NCBI GenBank assembly: GCA_963663225.1 | Contig: OY760142.1 | Span: 2,144,001-2,208,000 of the forward strand | Length of the DNA stretch: 64,000 nucleotides | Reading direction: 5' to 3' | Source: Nitrospirota bacterium | GTDB taxonomy: Bacteria; Nitrospirota; UBA9217 | In this document: one piece after another, positions 1 through 9,478 of the stretch | Position numbering within the stretch: the stretch's first letter is position 1 | How the letters are laid out: each line of letters opens with the position of its first letter | The notes under the pieces: generated by a model | What the model saw: only the letters and a program-made list of their open reading frames with translations | The model's database searches: none | What the model was told of the DNA's origin: nothing | Made by a program: the position numbers and the translations under genes

Positions 1-2
1 AT

Positions 3-383
3 GTTAAGTTTTATGTCAGCGGCGGTATCACCGAGGAGGACATTCCTGTCCTGAATCCCGTTGTGCACGGGTATGGCATCGGCACGTCCATCAGCAACGC
101 ACCTGTCATTGATTTCTCCATGGATATCGTGGAGATAGACGGCAAGCCGGCGGCGAAACGGGGAAAATGGTCAGGCAGTAAAAGCATGCTGGTGTGCGGC
201 CAGTGTGGACTCCGAAAGATCGTGCCAAAAAGCACCGGCAAAGAAAAACCGTGTCCCTGCGGAGGTATCTTCAAGGAAATGCTGATGACAGTCTTTGAAG
301 ATGGAGAACAGCTGCAGGAGCCGGAACCGCCCGCGAAAATTCGGGAAGGAGTGCTCTGGCAGATAAAAGGGCTTGCCTTGTAG
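3..383 (+). CDS. pncB: Nicotinate phosphoribosyltransferase, C-terminal part (5' truncated by window edge)
   Basis: Frame open from nt 3: VKFYVSGGITEE..GYGIGTSISNAPVIDFSMDIVEIDGKPAAKRGK, typical NAPRTase C-terminal motifs, followed by a CxxC..CPC zinc-ribbon-like tail. Confidence 0.8.
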   Translation, partial: VKFYVSGGITEEDIPVLNPVVHGYGIGTSISNAPVIDFSMDIVEIDGKPAAKRGKWSGSKSMLVCGQCGLRKIVPKSTGKEKPCPCGGIFKEMLMTVFEDGEQLQEPEPPAKIREGVLWQIKGLAL

Positions 384-429
384 GGAAACACGAAACACAG
401 TTTTTCATGCACTATGGTTTTTCCTGTAG

Positions 430-479
430 TTCAATCCCTGCGACACGGAAGTTCTCGACTCTCGCCAGGGGAGGAATGC
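430..479. repeat. Dispersed ~50-bp repeat, copy 1 (IS200/IS605 end-like remnant)
   Basis: TTCAATCCCTGCGACACGGAA..GGGGAGGAATGC matches 19641-19689 (20/21 and 12/12 nt in the flanking blocks). Confidence 0.6.
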
Positions 480-663
480 GGCAATTCGTGCCCTGCACTC
501 GCGCTATCGCACTCGTTAGCGCTGGGTACAAGCGGGAAATCGCTTGCATTTCTTTACATTGGTAGCGTTTTATATTATCTTTTCCCGATCATTTTGCGCT
601 GTGTGCTGATTCGTGCGCTGACATCCTAATCACACTACACCTGCGGTACCAGGGAGGCTTATT

Positions 664-972
664 ATGAGAAAATATGCTCTGCTTGTTGCGTTGATTGTTC
701 TGTGCTGCATGTTGACGGCGCCAACTGCTGCATTGTCCGCCGAACCGAAATATGAAATGAAATCGGAAGCGGTAATCAAAGATATTCTGAATGAAAATCT
801 GAACAAACGGGTGACGGTCCGGCTGGAAACCGGCGAGAGCCTGGAAGGATTTGTGACCAAAGTGGGGGAGCACCTCGTGCATCTTTCAAAAATTACCGGC
901 AGGGACTTTTTTGATGCCACGGTCCGCATCGAGAAAATCAGTTCGGTGATTTTCCGCGTGAGGGGCAATTGA
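664..972 (+). CDS. Small secreted protein, possible Sm/Hfq-like fold
   Basis: GGGAGG RBS; signal peptide (..TAALSA); RVTVRLETGESLEGFV..IEKISSVIF resembles Sm1/Sm2 strand pattern. Confidence 0.75.
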   Translation: MRKYALLVALIVLCCMLTAPTAALSAEPKYEMKSEAVIKDILNENLNKRVTVRLETGESLEGFVTKVGEHLVHLSKITGRDFFDATVRIEKISSVIFRVRGN

Positions 973-1056
973 ACTAATTGCATCATTTTGTCGCGGCGTA
1001 TATCGCCGGAACGAGATGAACCCCGCACGGATGGAATGCCGGGTCGATTTTTTATT

Positions 1057-1449
1057 ATGACCATACTGCAAGTAGCATGTGCAATTATCGAACAAAACGA
1101 TAGAATACTCTGCGCGCAGCGCAGCGAATCCATGAGCCTTCCCCTGAAATGGGAGTTCCCCGGAGGAAAGATGAGGAACGGGGAACTTCCTGAAGAATGT
1201 CTCAAACGGGAGCTTCTGGAAGAACTGGGAATCAATATTTCCGTGTGCCGTTCTCTTTCTCCGCTGACTCATCACTACCCGACATTTTCCGTCACTCTGC
1301 ATCCGTTTATTTGCAGGATCTCAGACGGAGAAATAACCCTGCATGAACACAAAGCCGTGGTCTGGCTGCCTGCGGAGCGGCTTTTTGAACTTGACTGGGC
1401 GGAAGCTGATGTTCCGCTTATAAAAAACTATAGAAACACAGTACGATGA
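1057..1449 (+). CDS. NUDIX hydrolase, MutT/NudG-like
   Basis: Nudix box WEFPGGKMRNGELPEECLKRELLEELG; ATG at 1057 gives typical ~130 aa length. Confidence 0.9.
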   Translation: MTILQVACAIIEQNDRILCAQRSESMSLPLKWEFPGGKMRNGELPEECLKRELLEELGINISVCRSLSPLTHHYPTFSVTLHPFICRISDGEITLHEHKAVVWLPAERLFELDWAEADVPLIKNYRNTVR

Positions 1450-1560
1450 TCTTTCTACCAGAGTCCGCTTTTCCGTCTCGGAATATATTTCATCTTCGGC
1501 TGCACATGTCCAAAGCTTAAAAAAACGCAGCGTATTACCGGAAGATAGCGAAGGAGGTTT

Positions 1561-2313
1561 ATGAATATACCCCGGGAACAGTACCGTTATTTTCTCAAGG
1601 ACAGCGTCCGGCTTGCCATTGATTTCAGCCGGACCGACCAGAGCAGGGGAATACCGCCCCCTCCCGTGGAAAAACCGTTCGATCCGCGCGATAGCCGCAT
1701 ACATCTCACTCACCCGGGAGAGTGGAAAAAAATACGAGACGTCGGCCTTGTGTCTGCAATCAAAAACCGTAAAAGCCATCGGCAGTTCACTCTCGATCCT
1801 CTTTCTCTGGAAGAAGTGTCTTTTCTGCTCTGGGCGACGCAGGGTGTCCGGGAGAGAGCAGGCGTGTTTACGGCCTTCCGTACCGTGCCTTCGGCAGGCT
1901 GCCGCCATGCGCTCGAAACCTATCTGTGCGTGCAGAACGTGACGGGGCTGGAGACGGGAATCTATCGCTACCTTCCGCTGGAACATCAGCTTCTGACGGT
2001 GTCCTTGGACCAGGACCTGCCGATTAAAATAACAGCCGCCGCCCTGCACCAGCCCTTCGTCGGAAAAGCGGCGGTGACGTTTGTCTGGACGGCGGTGCCG
2101 TACCGCATGGAGTGGCGATATGACAATGCGGCCCATAAAGTCATCGCGCTGGATGCAGGCCACGTGTGCCAGAACCTTTATCTTTCGTGTGCGGCGATCA
2201 ACGCGGGGACCTGCGCGGTTGCGGCATACAATCAAGGGCTCATGGACGAACTGCTGGGTGTGGACGGGGAAGATGAATTCACGATTTACCTCGCGCCGGT
2301 GGGCAGGATTTGA
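1561..2313 (+). CDS. SagB/ThcOx-family nitroreductase-like dehydrogenase
   Basis: RKSHRQF, RTVPSAGCRHALE, DAGHVCQNLYL motifs; AGGAGG RBS. Confidence 0.88.
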   Translation: MNIPREQYRYFLKDSVRLAIDFSRTDQSRGIPPPPVEKPFDPRDSRIHLTHPGEWKKIRDVGLVSAIKNRKSHRQFTLDPLSLEEVSFLLWATQGVRERAGVFTAFRTVPSAGCRHALETYLCVQNVTGLETGIYRYLPLEHQLLTVSLDQDLPIKITAAALHQPFVGKAAVTFVWTAVPYRMEWRYDNAAHKVIALDAGHVCQNLYLSCAAINAGTCAVAAYNQGLMDELLGVDGEDEFTIYLAPVGRI

Positions 2314-2375
2314 AATATGACTGTAACATCGTGTTATAATGATAATAAGGGGAATGCTCTTCCAGGGAGGAACAG

Positions 2376-3110
2376 ATGAAAAAACATGTTTATATACTCA
2401 TGGCGGTAATCGCGGTTTTCGTGCTCACGTCCTGCGAGACCAGATATGTGGCCAAACCGCTGCCGTTCAAACCGCCTTCAGCATATCCTAATTCCCAGGT
2501 CCTTGCCGGGGCGACAATCGCGGCGCGGGCATACACCGAAGCCGGGGAGGCCAAGGAAAATTTCGGGTTCGATATCATCAGCGCTGGCATGATTCCCGTA
2601 GAAATTGTCATCGACAATCGCGGGACGCATCCGATCGAAATCAATGCAACGCAAACATTTCTCGAAGACAAGAACAGCAACCTCTGGCCGATTCTTGCAA
2701 GAAACTACGCATATGAACGCGCCACCCGTTTCACGCAGACCCACGAAACATTCAAAGAGTCCGCATACTCAAGTTTTCTCGGTGCAGCCGCCGGCGCAGC
2801 AATCGGACTTGCGGTCGGCGTTCTGACAGGGCATAACATCGGTGAGGCGATAGGCAAGGGCGCGGTGGTCGGCGGCGTGGGCGGTGGCATTATCGGGGGA
2901 GCAAAAGGATACGGCAACGCCGATGAAGCGCGTCATGCCGTGATGGAAGACTTGCAGCAGAAGTCTCTTCAGGTAAGGTCCATTATGCCCAATGATCTGT
3001 CGTACGGGTTCATCTTTTTCCCGGGCGAAGCAAAGACAGCGAAGCAACTCAGACTGCAGATCATCGAGAGAGACACCGGAAAAACGCATACTCTTCTGAT
3101 CTCTCTGTAA
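2376..3110 (+). CDS. Glycine-zipper lipoprotein
   Basis: Lipobox LTSC; GAAAGAAIGLAVG..GAVVGGVGGGIIGG glycine zipper. Confidence 0.8.
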   Translation: MKKHVYILMAVIAVFVLTSCETRYVAKPLPFKPPSAYPNSQVLAGATIAARAYTEAGEAKENFGFDIISAGMIPVEIVIDNRGTHPIEINATQTFLEDKNSNLWPILARNYAYERATRFTQTHETFKESAYSSFLGAAAGAAIGLAVGVLTGHNIGEAIGKGAVVGGVGGGIIGGAKGYGNADEARHAVMEDLQQKSLQVRSIMPNDLSYGFIFFPGEAKTAKQLRLQIIERDTGKTHTLLISL

Positions 3111-3127
3111 TCGGTTTCTGTGACTTG

Positions 3128-3157
3128 CCGTTGCTTTTGCCGGTGCAAAAGCAACGG
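3128..3157 (+). terminator. 13-bp perfect hairpin after the lipoprotein gene
   Basis: CCGTTGCTTTTGC-CGGT-GCAAAAGCAACGG. Confidence 0.55.
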
Positions 3158-3405
3158 TGTTATTGCTTGCAAAAAACAGCTTTAAGCGGCCTCCCGTCCA
3201 TTCAATCCCAGTGACAAAGAATCTCACGGCTCCTAAATTTATTCTGAAATCATCCGAAAAGATTAACAGAAACTGCTGCAGGGCACCATAAAACTTTTGG
3301 ATTATTGCATTTATTTTTGCCGTCTGATTCAAAAGTATTGCCGATCCTGTTTTATTATGGTATTCTTGGCTGTATTTTCAAAAGCTTATCGAGGATAATC
3401 TGGTT

Positions 3406-4134
3406 ATGCTTGAATATTTCGATGCGGACATTGTGAATGCATGCAAAACACTGTTTGGCCGCGAAGCCAGCATTACCCGTGATTTTGTCCATGCCCTTGG
3501 GCATGATGACCTGAAATCCGCTTTCCGTAAAAAAGCCTTCGAGACTCACCCCGATCTGCACTCCGGCGGAGAAGACTATGTACGAAAACAGCAGTCGGAC
3601 CTGTTTATGGGAGTGCGGTCGGCCTATGACACCCTTGTAAAATTTTACGAAAAGCGCCAGAAACGTCTCCCTACAGGCGCAGCGTTTCAGACAGTGAGCA
3701 GGCCGTCGTACAGTACCGATTGGTGTGCCGCGGAAACAGTCCCGCCGCGACGGCTGGAAATCGGCGGATACCTTTATTATCGGGGGTGTATTCCCTATGC
3801 GGTGTTGATCAAGGCGCTGGCATGGCAGAAGCAGCAGCGGCCGTCTATCGGGGCTATCGCCAAGCAGTGGAACTGGCTGAGCGATGTGCAGATTAAGAGC
3901 ATTCTGTCGTTCCATGGACAGCCGCGTCTGTTTGGAGAACGCGCAGTACACCTGCAATTCCTGAATTCATTCAAAGTCAGGACCTTGCTTGCATTTCAGC
4001 GCAAGCAGCAGAAAAAGATCGGGCAGTATTTTGTGGAGAACGGTTTCCTTACAGAGCATAAAGTGGCGCAGATGGTTGAGGCACTGCAGAAGCACAATGC
4101 CCAGCTCAGCATGCCCACAACAAAAGGCGTATAG
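3406..4134 (+). CDS. J-domain (DnaJ-like) protein with C-terminal MshEN-like repeats
   Basis: KSAFRKKAFETHPD J-domain motif; repeats LEIGGYLYYRG..ALAWQ, RLFGE..LLAFQ, KIGQYFVENGFLT. Confidence 0.8.
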   Translation: MLEYFDADIVNACKTLFGREASITRDFVHALGHDDLKSAFRKKAFETHPDLHSGGEDYVRKQQSDLFMGVRSAYDTLVKFYEKRQKRLPTGAAFQTVSRPSYSTDWCAAETVPPRRLEIGGYLYYRGCIPYAVLIKALAWQKQQRPSIGAIAKQWNWLSDVQIKSILSFHGQPRLFGERAVHLQFLNSFKVRTLLAFQRKQQKKIGQYFVENGFLTEHKVAQMVEALQKHNAQLSMPTTKGV

Positions 4135-4145
4135 GAGGCTTCGGC

Positions 4146-4355
4146 ATGAGCGACGAAATAACCTTTGTTGTAGAGCACTCCGTAGAAGGCGGATACGAAG
4201 CGCAAGCTATCGGCCACTCACTCAGCACGCATGCTGAGACGCTCGATAAGCTGAAAAAAATGGTGCAGGTGGCTGTTCTGTTTCATTTCGCGGATGATGT
4301 CCGTCCCCGGATCGTAAAACTGCATATGGTGCAGGAAGAGCTGTTCGCCGTTTAA
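4146..4355 (+). CDS. Small HicB-like fold protein
   Basis: EITFVVEHSVEGGYEAQAIG..HAETLDKLKKMV..AVLFHF pattern; AGGAGG RBS. Confidence 0.7.
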   Translation: MSDEITFVVEHSVEGGYEAQAIGHSLSTHAETLDKLKKMVQVAVLFHFADDVRPRIVKLHMVQEELFAV

Positions 4356-4445
4356 AAATTCAGACTGCAATGCTCATTGTGTTGCCGTGCCGTGACGCGC
4401 ATACGGGCGGGCGGATTGATGTCCCGCCTGCCCGTTTCATTCTCA

Positions 4446-5249
4446 TCAGTTTTTTGAGTATCCCGGAGGATAGGGCGCGTACCTGTTTTCATCCCAAAGA
4501 CGATTCCCGAACTTTTGTCCGCACTGCACGATGCCTTTTCTGCACAGCACGTCCCGCCATTCATATTTGACAATAGTTTTTTGCATGGGTGTGCGCTCCG
4601 GGTCGAACTGTACCGTGATCACCGGCGAGTACTGTGCGTCGCCGAAGCCGGTGCCCGCACTCTCCTCAGCGAGGGCGCGGTCCGCATTCATTGATTTTTT
4701 TGCCGATGGCGCTCCCGCGGCTGATTTCTCACGTTGTTCCTCCTGAAAGACTTGTGGTTGTATTTTTTCCTTGTAGATAGCCGCGGCGATCACGCCCATG
4801 GCCGAGGAATCCGCGAAGGTTCTGACCGTGTAGGAGTCGGCAGTGTCCGTGAAATAGAACCGGTGGACCTGTTCCCGGCTGGTGCGCCAGCCGTTGTACT
4901 GCGCTGTTTCCCCGGCATTCACGATGTACATGTTTTCATTGGCGCCGAGATTCGATTGCTTGCCGCTGATGATGTTCCTGCCGTCCACGGCAATGACGAC
5001 TCCGATGCGTTCCGAGGTTTTATTGCGGATGATAATGCCGTACTGTTCTCCTTTGCGCGCTTCCAGATATTTTTTGAAGACATGCGTTCCGCCCTTCCAA
5101 AAGTCATCGTGCGGTATGGTTTGAAATACGGACCCCGCGTCCGACACGATTTCGATGCCGACCGCTTCCTTTGACGGTTGCTTGCCCATGGACAGGGCCG
5201 GTACTGCCGTCATAATCATGACCAGTGCTGCAAACAGTATTTTTTTCAT
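4446..5249 (-). CDS. Secreted conserved hypothetical protein
   Basis: Signal peptide MKKILFAALVMIMTAVPALS after GGAGAA RBS; VIAVDGRNIISG and GTGFG motifs. Confidence 0.75.
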   Translation of the reverse strand: MKKILFAALVMIMTAVPALSMGKQPSKEAVGIEIVSDAGSVFQTIPHDDFWKGGTHVFKKYLEARKGEQYGIIIRNKTSERIGVVIAVDGRNIISGKQSNLGANENMYIVNAGETAQYNGWRTSREQVHRFYFTDTADSYTVRTFADSSAMGVIAAAIYKEKIQPQVFQEEQREKSAAGAPSAKKSMNADRALAEESAGTGFGDAQYSPVITVQFDPERTPMQKTIVKYEWRDVLCRKGIVQCGQKFGNRLWDENRYAPYPPGYSKN

Positions 5250-5419
5250 TGTTTTCTCCTCTCCGAGTCTCTGTATGCTGCAGGACAACGACCGTGTCGC
5301 TGCATGCTTTACCGGATTGGACAAGAGAAAAGGAAATTTGTTCCCGAAAAAATACGGACTGCGGAGAGCAACCAAGTTCTTTGCACGGGAGAATCAAGAG
5401 GCAGGAGCAGTGGAGCGGA

Positions 5420-7240
5420 TCAGTCTATCCGCTCCCTGTTTTTCGGACGTTTGTTGGATTCAAGAATTCTTTTGCGAAGCCGTATGTTCTGCGGGGTCAC
5501 TTCCACCAGCTCATCGTCCTTGATGAATTCCAGCGCCTGCTCAAGTGAAAGCTGGCGGGGAGGGACCAGCCGCAGCGCCTCGTCGGCGCCGGAAGCGCGC
5601 ATATTGGTCAGTTTCTTTTCCTTGACCACGTTTACATCGATGTCGTTCTCACGGGAGTTCTCGCCGATAATCATGCCTTCATACACAGGGGTGCCTTCCT
5701 TCAGGAAAAGCTCCCCGCGGGGCTGCAGATGGAACAGTGCATAGGTCGTGGTTTTCCCCGGACGGTCGGCAACGAGTGCGCCGGTGGTGCGCTTCGCGAT
5801 TGGCCCCTGCCACAGGTCGTAGCCGTCAAAGATGTGGTTCAATAGACCGGTGCCGCGCGTATCAGTCAGAAACTCAGACCGGAAACCGATGAGTCCGCGG
5901 GCGGGAATGCGGAATTCGAGCCGCACCCTGCCGTGGCCGTTGTTCGCCATCTTGGTCATGCGGCCCCTGCGGCTGCCGAGTTTCTGGGTGACCACGCCGA
6001 TGAATTCCTCGGGGCAGTCAATGACCAGGTTTTCCATGGGTTCGTACGTGCTGCCGTCCTGCTGCTTTGTTATGGTCTCGGGCTGGGACACCGAAAGCTC
6101 ATAGCCTTCACGGCGCATCATCTCGATCAGGATGGCGAGCTGCAGTTCCCCGCGTCCCATGACCTTGAAACTGTCGGTCGCTTCCTGGGGCTCCACCCTG
6201 ATCGCGACGTTGTACAGCAGTTCCTTCTCAAGCCGCTCCTTCAGGTGGCGTGACGTGACAAACTTTCCTTCCTTGCCAGCGAAGGGCGAATTGTTGATGG
6301 AAAACATCATCGAAATCGTCGGTTCGTCCACGGCTATGCGCGGCAACGGCTTCGGGTTCTCCGGGTCCGTGATAGTATCACCGATATTGACGCCTTCGAC
6401 GCCTGCCAGGGCAACAATATCGCCAACCGTGGCCCGGTCGGTGTCTTTTCTTTTGAGGCCCTGGAATTCGTACAGGGAGGTGATTTTTGTTTTCACCGTC
6501 TCGCCGGCCTGGTTCACGACGCCGATGATTTCCGCAACTTTCGCGGTGCCGGAGAATATCCTTCCGATTGCCAGCCTGCCCACATAGTCGTTGTAATCGA
6601 TGTTCGCGACCAGGAGCTGGAGGGGAGAATTTTCGTCGCCTTCCGGGACAGGAATGATTTTAACGATAAGATCGAACAGGGGCTGGAGGTCTCTTCCATC
6701 CTCTTCCATTTTCAGCTTGGCAATGCCGTCGCGTGCAATGGTGTATACGATGGGAAAGTCAAGCTGGTCGTCCGTAGCGTCGAGGTCGATGAACAAGTCG
6801 TAGACTTCATTCACGACTTCGGTAATTCGCGCATCAGGCCGGTCGATCTTGTTGATCACGAGGATGGGAGGCAGGCCGAGCTCCAGGGCTTTTTTGAGCA
6901 CGAACCGCGTCTGGGGAAGGGGGCCTTCCGAGGCGTCCACAAGCAGCAGCACGCCGTCTACCATTTTCAGGGTCCGCTCGACTTCTCCGCCGAAGTCGGC
7001 ATGGCCCGGCGTGTCCACGATATTGATTTTTACGCCGTTGTACGTGACTGCCGTGTTTTTCGCCATGATCGTGATGCCGCGCTCACGTTCGAGGTCGATG
7101 TTGTCCATGACCCGCTCCTGCACGCGCTCGTTGTCGCGGAATGTTCCGCTCTGGCGCAGCAGCGCGTCCACGAGCGTGGTTTTGCCGTGGTCGACATGGG
7201 CGATGATTGCGATATTTCGTAAATCGGTCCGTTTTACCAT
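5420..7240 (-). CDS. typA: Translational GTPase TypA/BipA
   Basis: [52 protein letters not shown]. Confidence 0.97.
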   Translation of the reverse strand: MVKRTDLRNIAIIAHVDHGKTTLVDALLRQSGTFRDNERVQERVMDNIDLERERGITIMAKNTAVTYNGVKINIVDTPGHADFGGEVERTLKMVDGVLLLVDASEGPLPQTRFVLKKALELGLPPILVINKIDRPDARITEVVNEVYDLFIDLDATDDQLDFPIVYTIARDGIAKLKMEEDGRDLQPLFDLIVKIIPVPEGDENSPLQLLVANIDYNDYVGRLAIGRIFSGTAKVAEIIGVVNQAGETVKTKITSLYEFQGLKRKDTDRATVGDIVALAGVEGVNIGDTITDPENPKPLPRIAVDEPTISMMFSINNSPFAGKEGKFVTSRHLKERLEKELLYNVAIRVEPQEATDSFKVMGRGELQLAILIEMMRREGYELSVSQPETITKQQDGSTYEPMENLVIDCPEEFIGVVTQKLGSRRGRMTKMANNGHGRVRLEFRIPARGLIGFRSEFLTDTRGTGLLNHIFDGYDLWQGPIAKRTTGALVADRPGKTTTYALFHLQPRGELFLKEGTPVYEGMIIGENSRENDIDVNVVKEKKLTNMRASGADEALRLVPPRQLSLEQALEFIKDDELVEVTPQNIRLRKRILESNKRPKNRERID

Positions 7241-7555
7241 GATAAATCGGTTCTCTCTTTCTTATTGTACCACTGAGCGAGGCGAGAAGGCAGGGAGTTT
7301 TTCCTGTCGCAGCGGCAAGAAGCCGTGACCTCTGTAAGGATTGGTTTTATACCACGCCAGAGCGGGTTTTGTCAATGCAATAATCTGTTTTTGATCCTTG
7401 TATGGTGCACGACCCCACATGGAAGGACTTTATCGAAATAGTTGACATTCGCGGGCAATTCTTTTACTCTGTCACACCGGAAGCGCCGAATGCCTGCTGC
7501 CGTAATTACATCCGGCTTCCCGGTCTCATCGCAAAACGAGATACTTCTTTTCATT

Positions 7556-9478
7556 ATGGAACCTGTATCACAGCGTATTTACAAACAATTGCAAAAACGC
7601 CTGGCCGGACCTCAGGAGCTTTATCTCATTGTATCCATCGAGACGCAAAAGCTTCTGGTCTGCAACGGCGGCTCTGTTGTCGAGCAATACGACTGTTCCA
7701 CATCCCGCTTCGGCAATGGCAACCGGGAAAACTCGCTCAAAACGCCGCTCGGCCTTCATCGGATAAAGGAAAAGTTCGGGGACGACGCGCCTGCGGGCCG
7801 CGTTTTCAGGGACCGTGAGGACACGAGCGAAGACTGGGACCACAGCAAGAACGGGGACAATCTTATCCTGAGCCGCATTCTCAGGCTCGAAGGCCTTGAA
7901 GAAGGGATCAACAAGGGCGCAGGGGTCGATTCCTACGAACGCTACATCTATATCCACGGCACAGGCCGGGAGGACCTGATCGGCACTCCCTTGTCGCACG
8001 GGTGCGTGTGCATGCGGAACCTGGACGTTATCAGACTGTTCGACGCGATTCCGCAAAACACGCTTGTGTATATCGATCCGCCGCCTCTCTTTGTTAACGG
8101 CCATGCATGCAGAAACATTCATTTCACCGGTATTTTCGGCAGCGGCATGAGTGCGCTCGCGCAGTATCTTCGCTTCCAGGGCATCGCGGTCTCCGGCTCC
8201 GACCGGTTCCATACAAGTGAAGACACCGCGTTTATCCGGCGATCTCTCGAAGGGCTGGGATGCATCATCGCCCCTCAGGACGGATCGGGTGTCGGAGCAG
8301 ACACGGATGTTGTCTGTGTTTCGACCGCGATAGAAGAGTCGAATCCTGACATTGCCGTGGCGCGCAAACTGAATGTTCCGATTGTCCACCGCTCCGACCT
8401 GCTTGCTGCGATCATTGCGACGAATAAGACCATTGCCGTGGCAGGCACAAGCGGAAAGTCCACCGTGACGGCAATGATATTCGAATTCCTGACCGCGTGC
8501 GAAAAATCGCCTTCCCTGATAAGCGGCGCCGCCCTGCGCAGGCTTGAGAAAGAAGGACTCATCGGAAACGCCTGGAGCGGAGGTTCCGACCTTCTGGTGG
8601 TTGAGGCGGACGAGAGCGACGGGTCGCTGGTAAAATACCGGCCCGAGGCCGCAGTTCTGCTGAATATTTCAAAGGACCATAAAACAGTCGAGGAGATTAA
8701 AACGCTTTTCGAAACGCTGGCTGCGCAGTCTTCCTGGACAGCGCTGAACGCCGACGATCCGATTCTTGCCTCCCTTTCCGCGGCAAGCCGGTTCGGAAGA
8801 AACGGTTCAGCCTCATGGCGGCCGGACCGGGAGCAGCTTCTGCCGGACTCGGTCAAGCTTGTCAAAGACAGCGTTGAATTTCATCTGCCGCTTCCCGGCG
8901 AGCATAATCTCGAAAATCTGCGCGCCGCGCTGTGCGTCTGCGAACATTTCGGATGCGACCAGAACCTCCTTGCCGGGGCAGTCAAAAATTATGCAGGAGT
9001 CGCCCGGCGTTTCTCCGTGATCAGAACCAGGCAGAACGTATGCGTGGTCGATGACTTCGCGCACAATCCGGCAAAAATTGCCGCCGTTGTTCGCGCGGCG
9101 CGCGGGCTTTCCGACCGCATCATAGCCGTGTACCAGCCGCATGGGTTCGGCCCGACCCGGTTTCTGAAGGACGAATATATTGCCATCTTCCGGACCGCTT
9201 TCCGGCGGGATGAATCGCTCTGTCTTCTGCCGATCTATTATGCCGGCGGCACCGCGCAGAAAAATATTTCATCAGGAGACATTATCGCCGGTCTCGGCCC
9301 TGTGCCGTTTAAAGCGCACGCGGCAAGAGACCGCGATGAGCTGCTGCATAAATTGAAGGCCGACGCGCGTCCGGGGGACTGTGTCCTTGTCATGGGAGCA
9401 CGGGACCCGTCGCTGCCTGTTTTGGTGAACCGGATTGTCGAGATGTTCGGTGGGGAAATAAAGGAAGGCAATCCATGA
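7556..9478 (+). CDS. Fusion of L,D-transpeptidase (YkuD) domain and MurC/Mpl-like Mur ligase
   Basis: N-term KTPLG..IYIHGT..SHGCVCM; C-term GIFGSGMSALA, VAGTSGKSTVT, VEADESD, DDFAHNP, YQPHG; one uninterrupted ORF; start uncertain. Confidence 0.85.
   Translation: MEPVSQRIYKQLQKRLAGPQELYLIVSIETQKLLVCNGGSVVEQYDCSTSRFGNGNRENSLKTPLGLHRIKEKFGDDAPAGRVFRDREDTSEDWDHSKNGDNLILSRILRLEGLEEGINKGAGVDSYERYIYIHGTGREDLIGTPLSHGCVCMRNLDVIRLFDAIPQNTLVYIDPPPLFVNGHACRNIHFTGIFGSGMSALAQYLRFQGIAVSGSDRFHTSEDTAFIRRSLEGLGCIIAPQDGSGVGADTDVVCVSTAIEESNPDIAVARKLNVPIVHRSDLLAAIIATNKTIAVAGTSGKSTVTAMIFEFLTACEKSPSLISGAALRRLEKEGLIGNAWSGGSDLLVVEADESDGSLVKYRPEAAVLLNISKDHKTVEEIKTLFETLAAQSSWTALNADDPILASLSAASRFGRNGSASWRPDREQLLPDSVKLVKDSVEFHLPLPGEHNLENLRAALCVCEHFGCDQNLLAGAVKNYAGVARRFSVIRTRQNVCVVDDFAHNPAKIAAVVRAARGLSDRIIAVYQPHGFGPTRFLKDEYIAIFRTAFRRDESLCLLPIYYAGGTAQKNISSGDIIAGLGPVPFKAHAARDRDELLHKLKADARPGDCVLVMGARDPSLPVLVNRIVEMFGGEIKEGNP

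Noticed and set aside
1561-2313. SagB-like gene as part of a RiPP (azole) cluster
   Set aside because: No YcaO, precursor or transporter nearby; stand-alone nitroreductase-like members are common.
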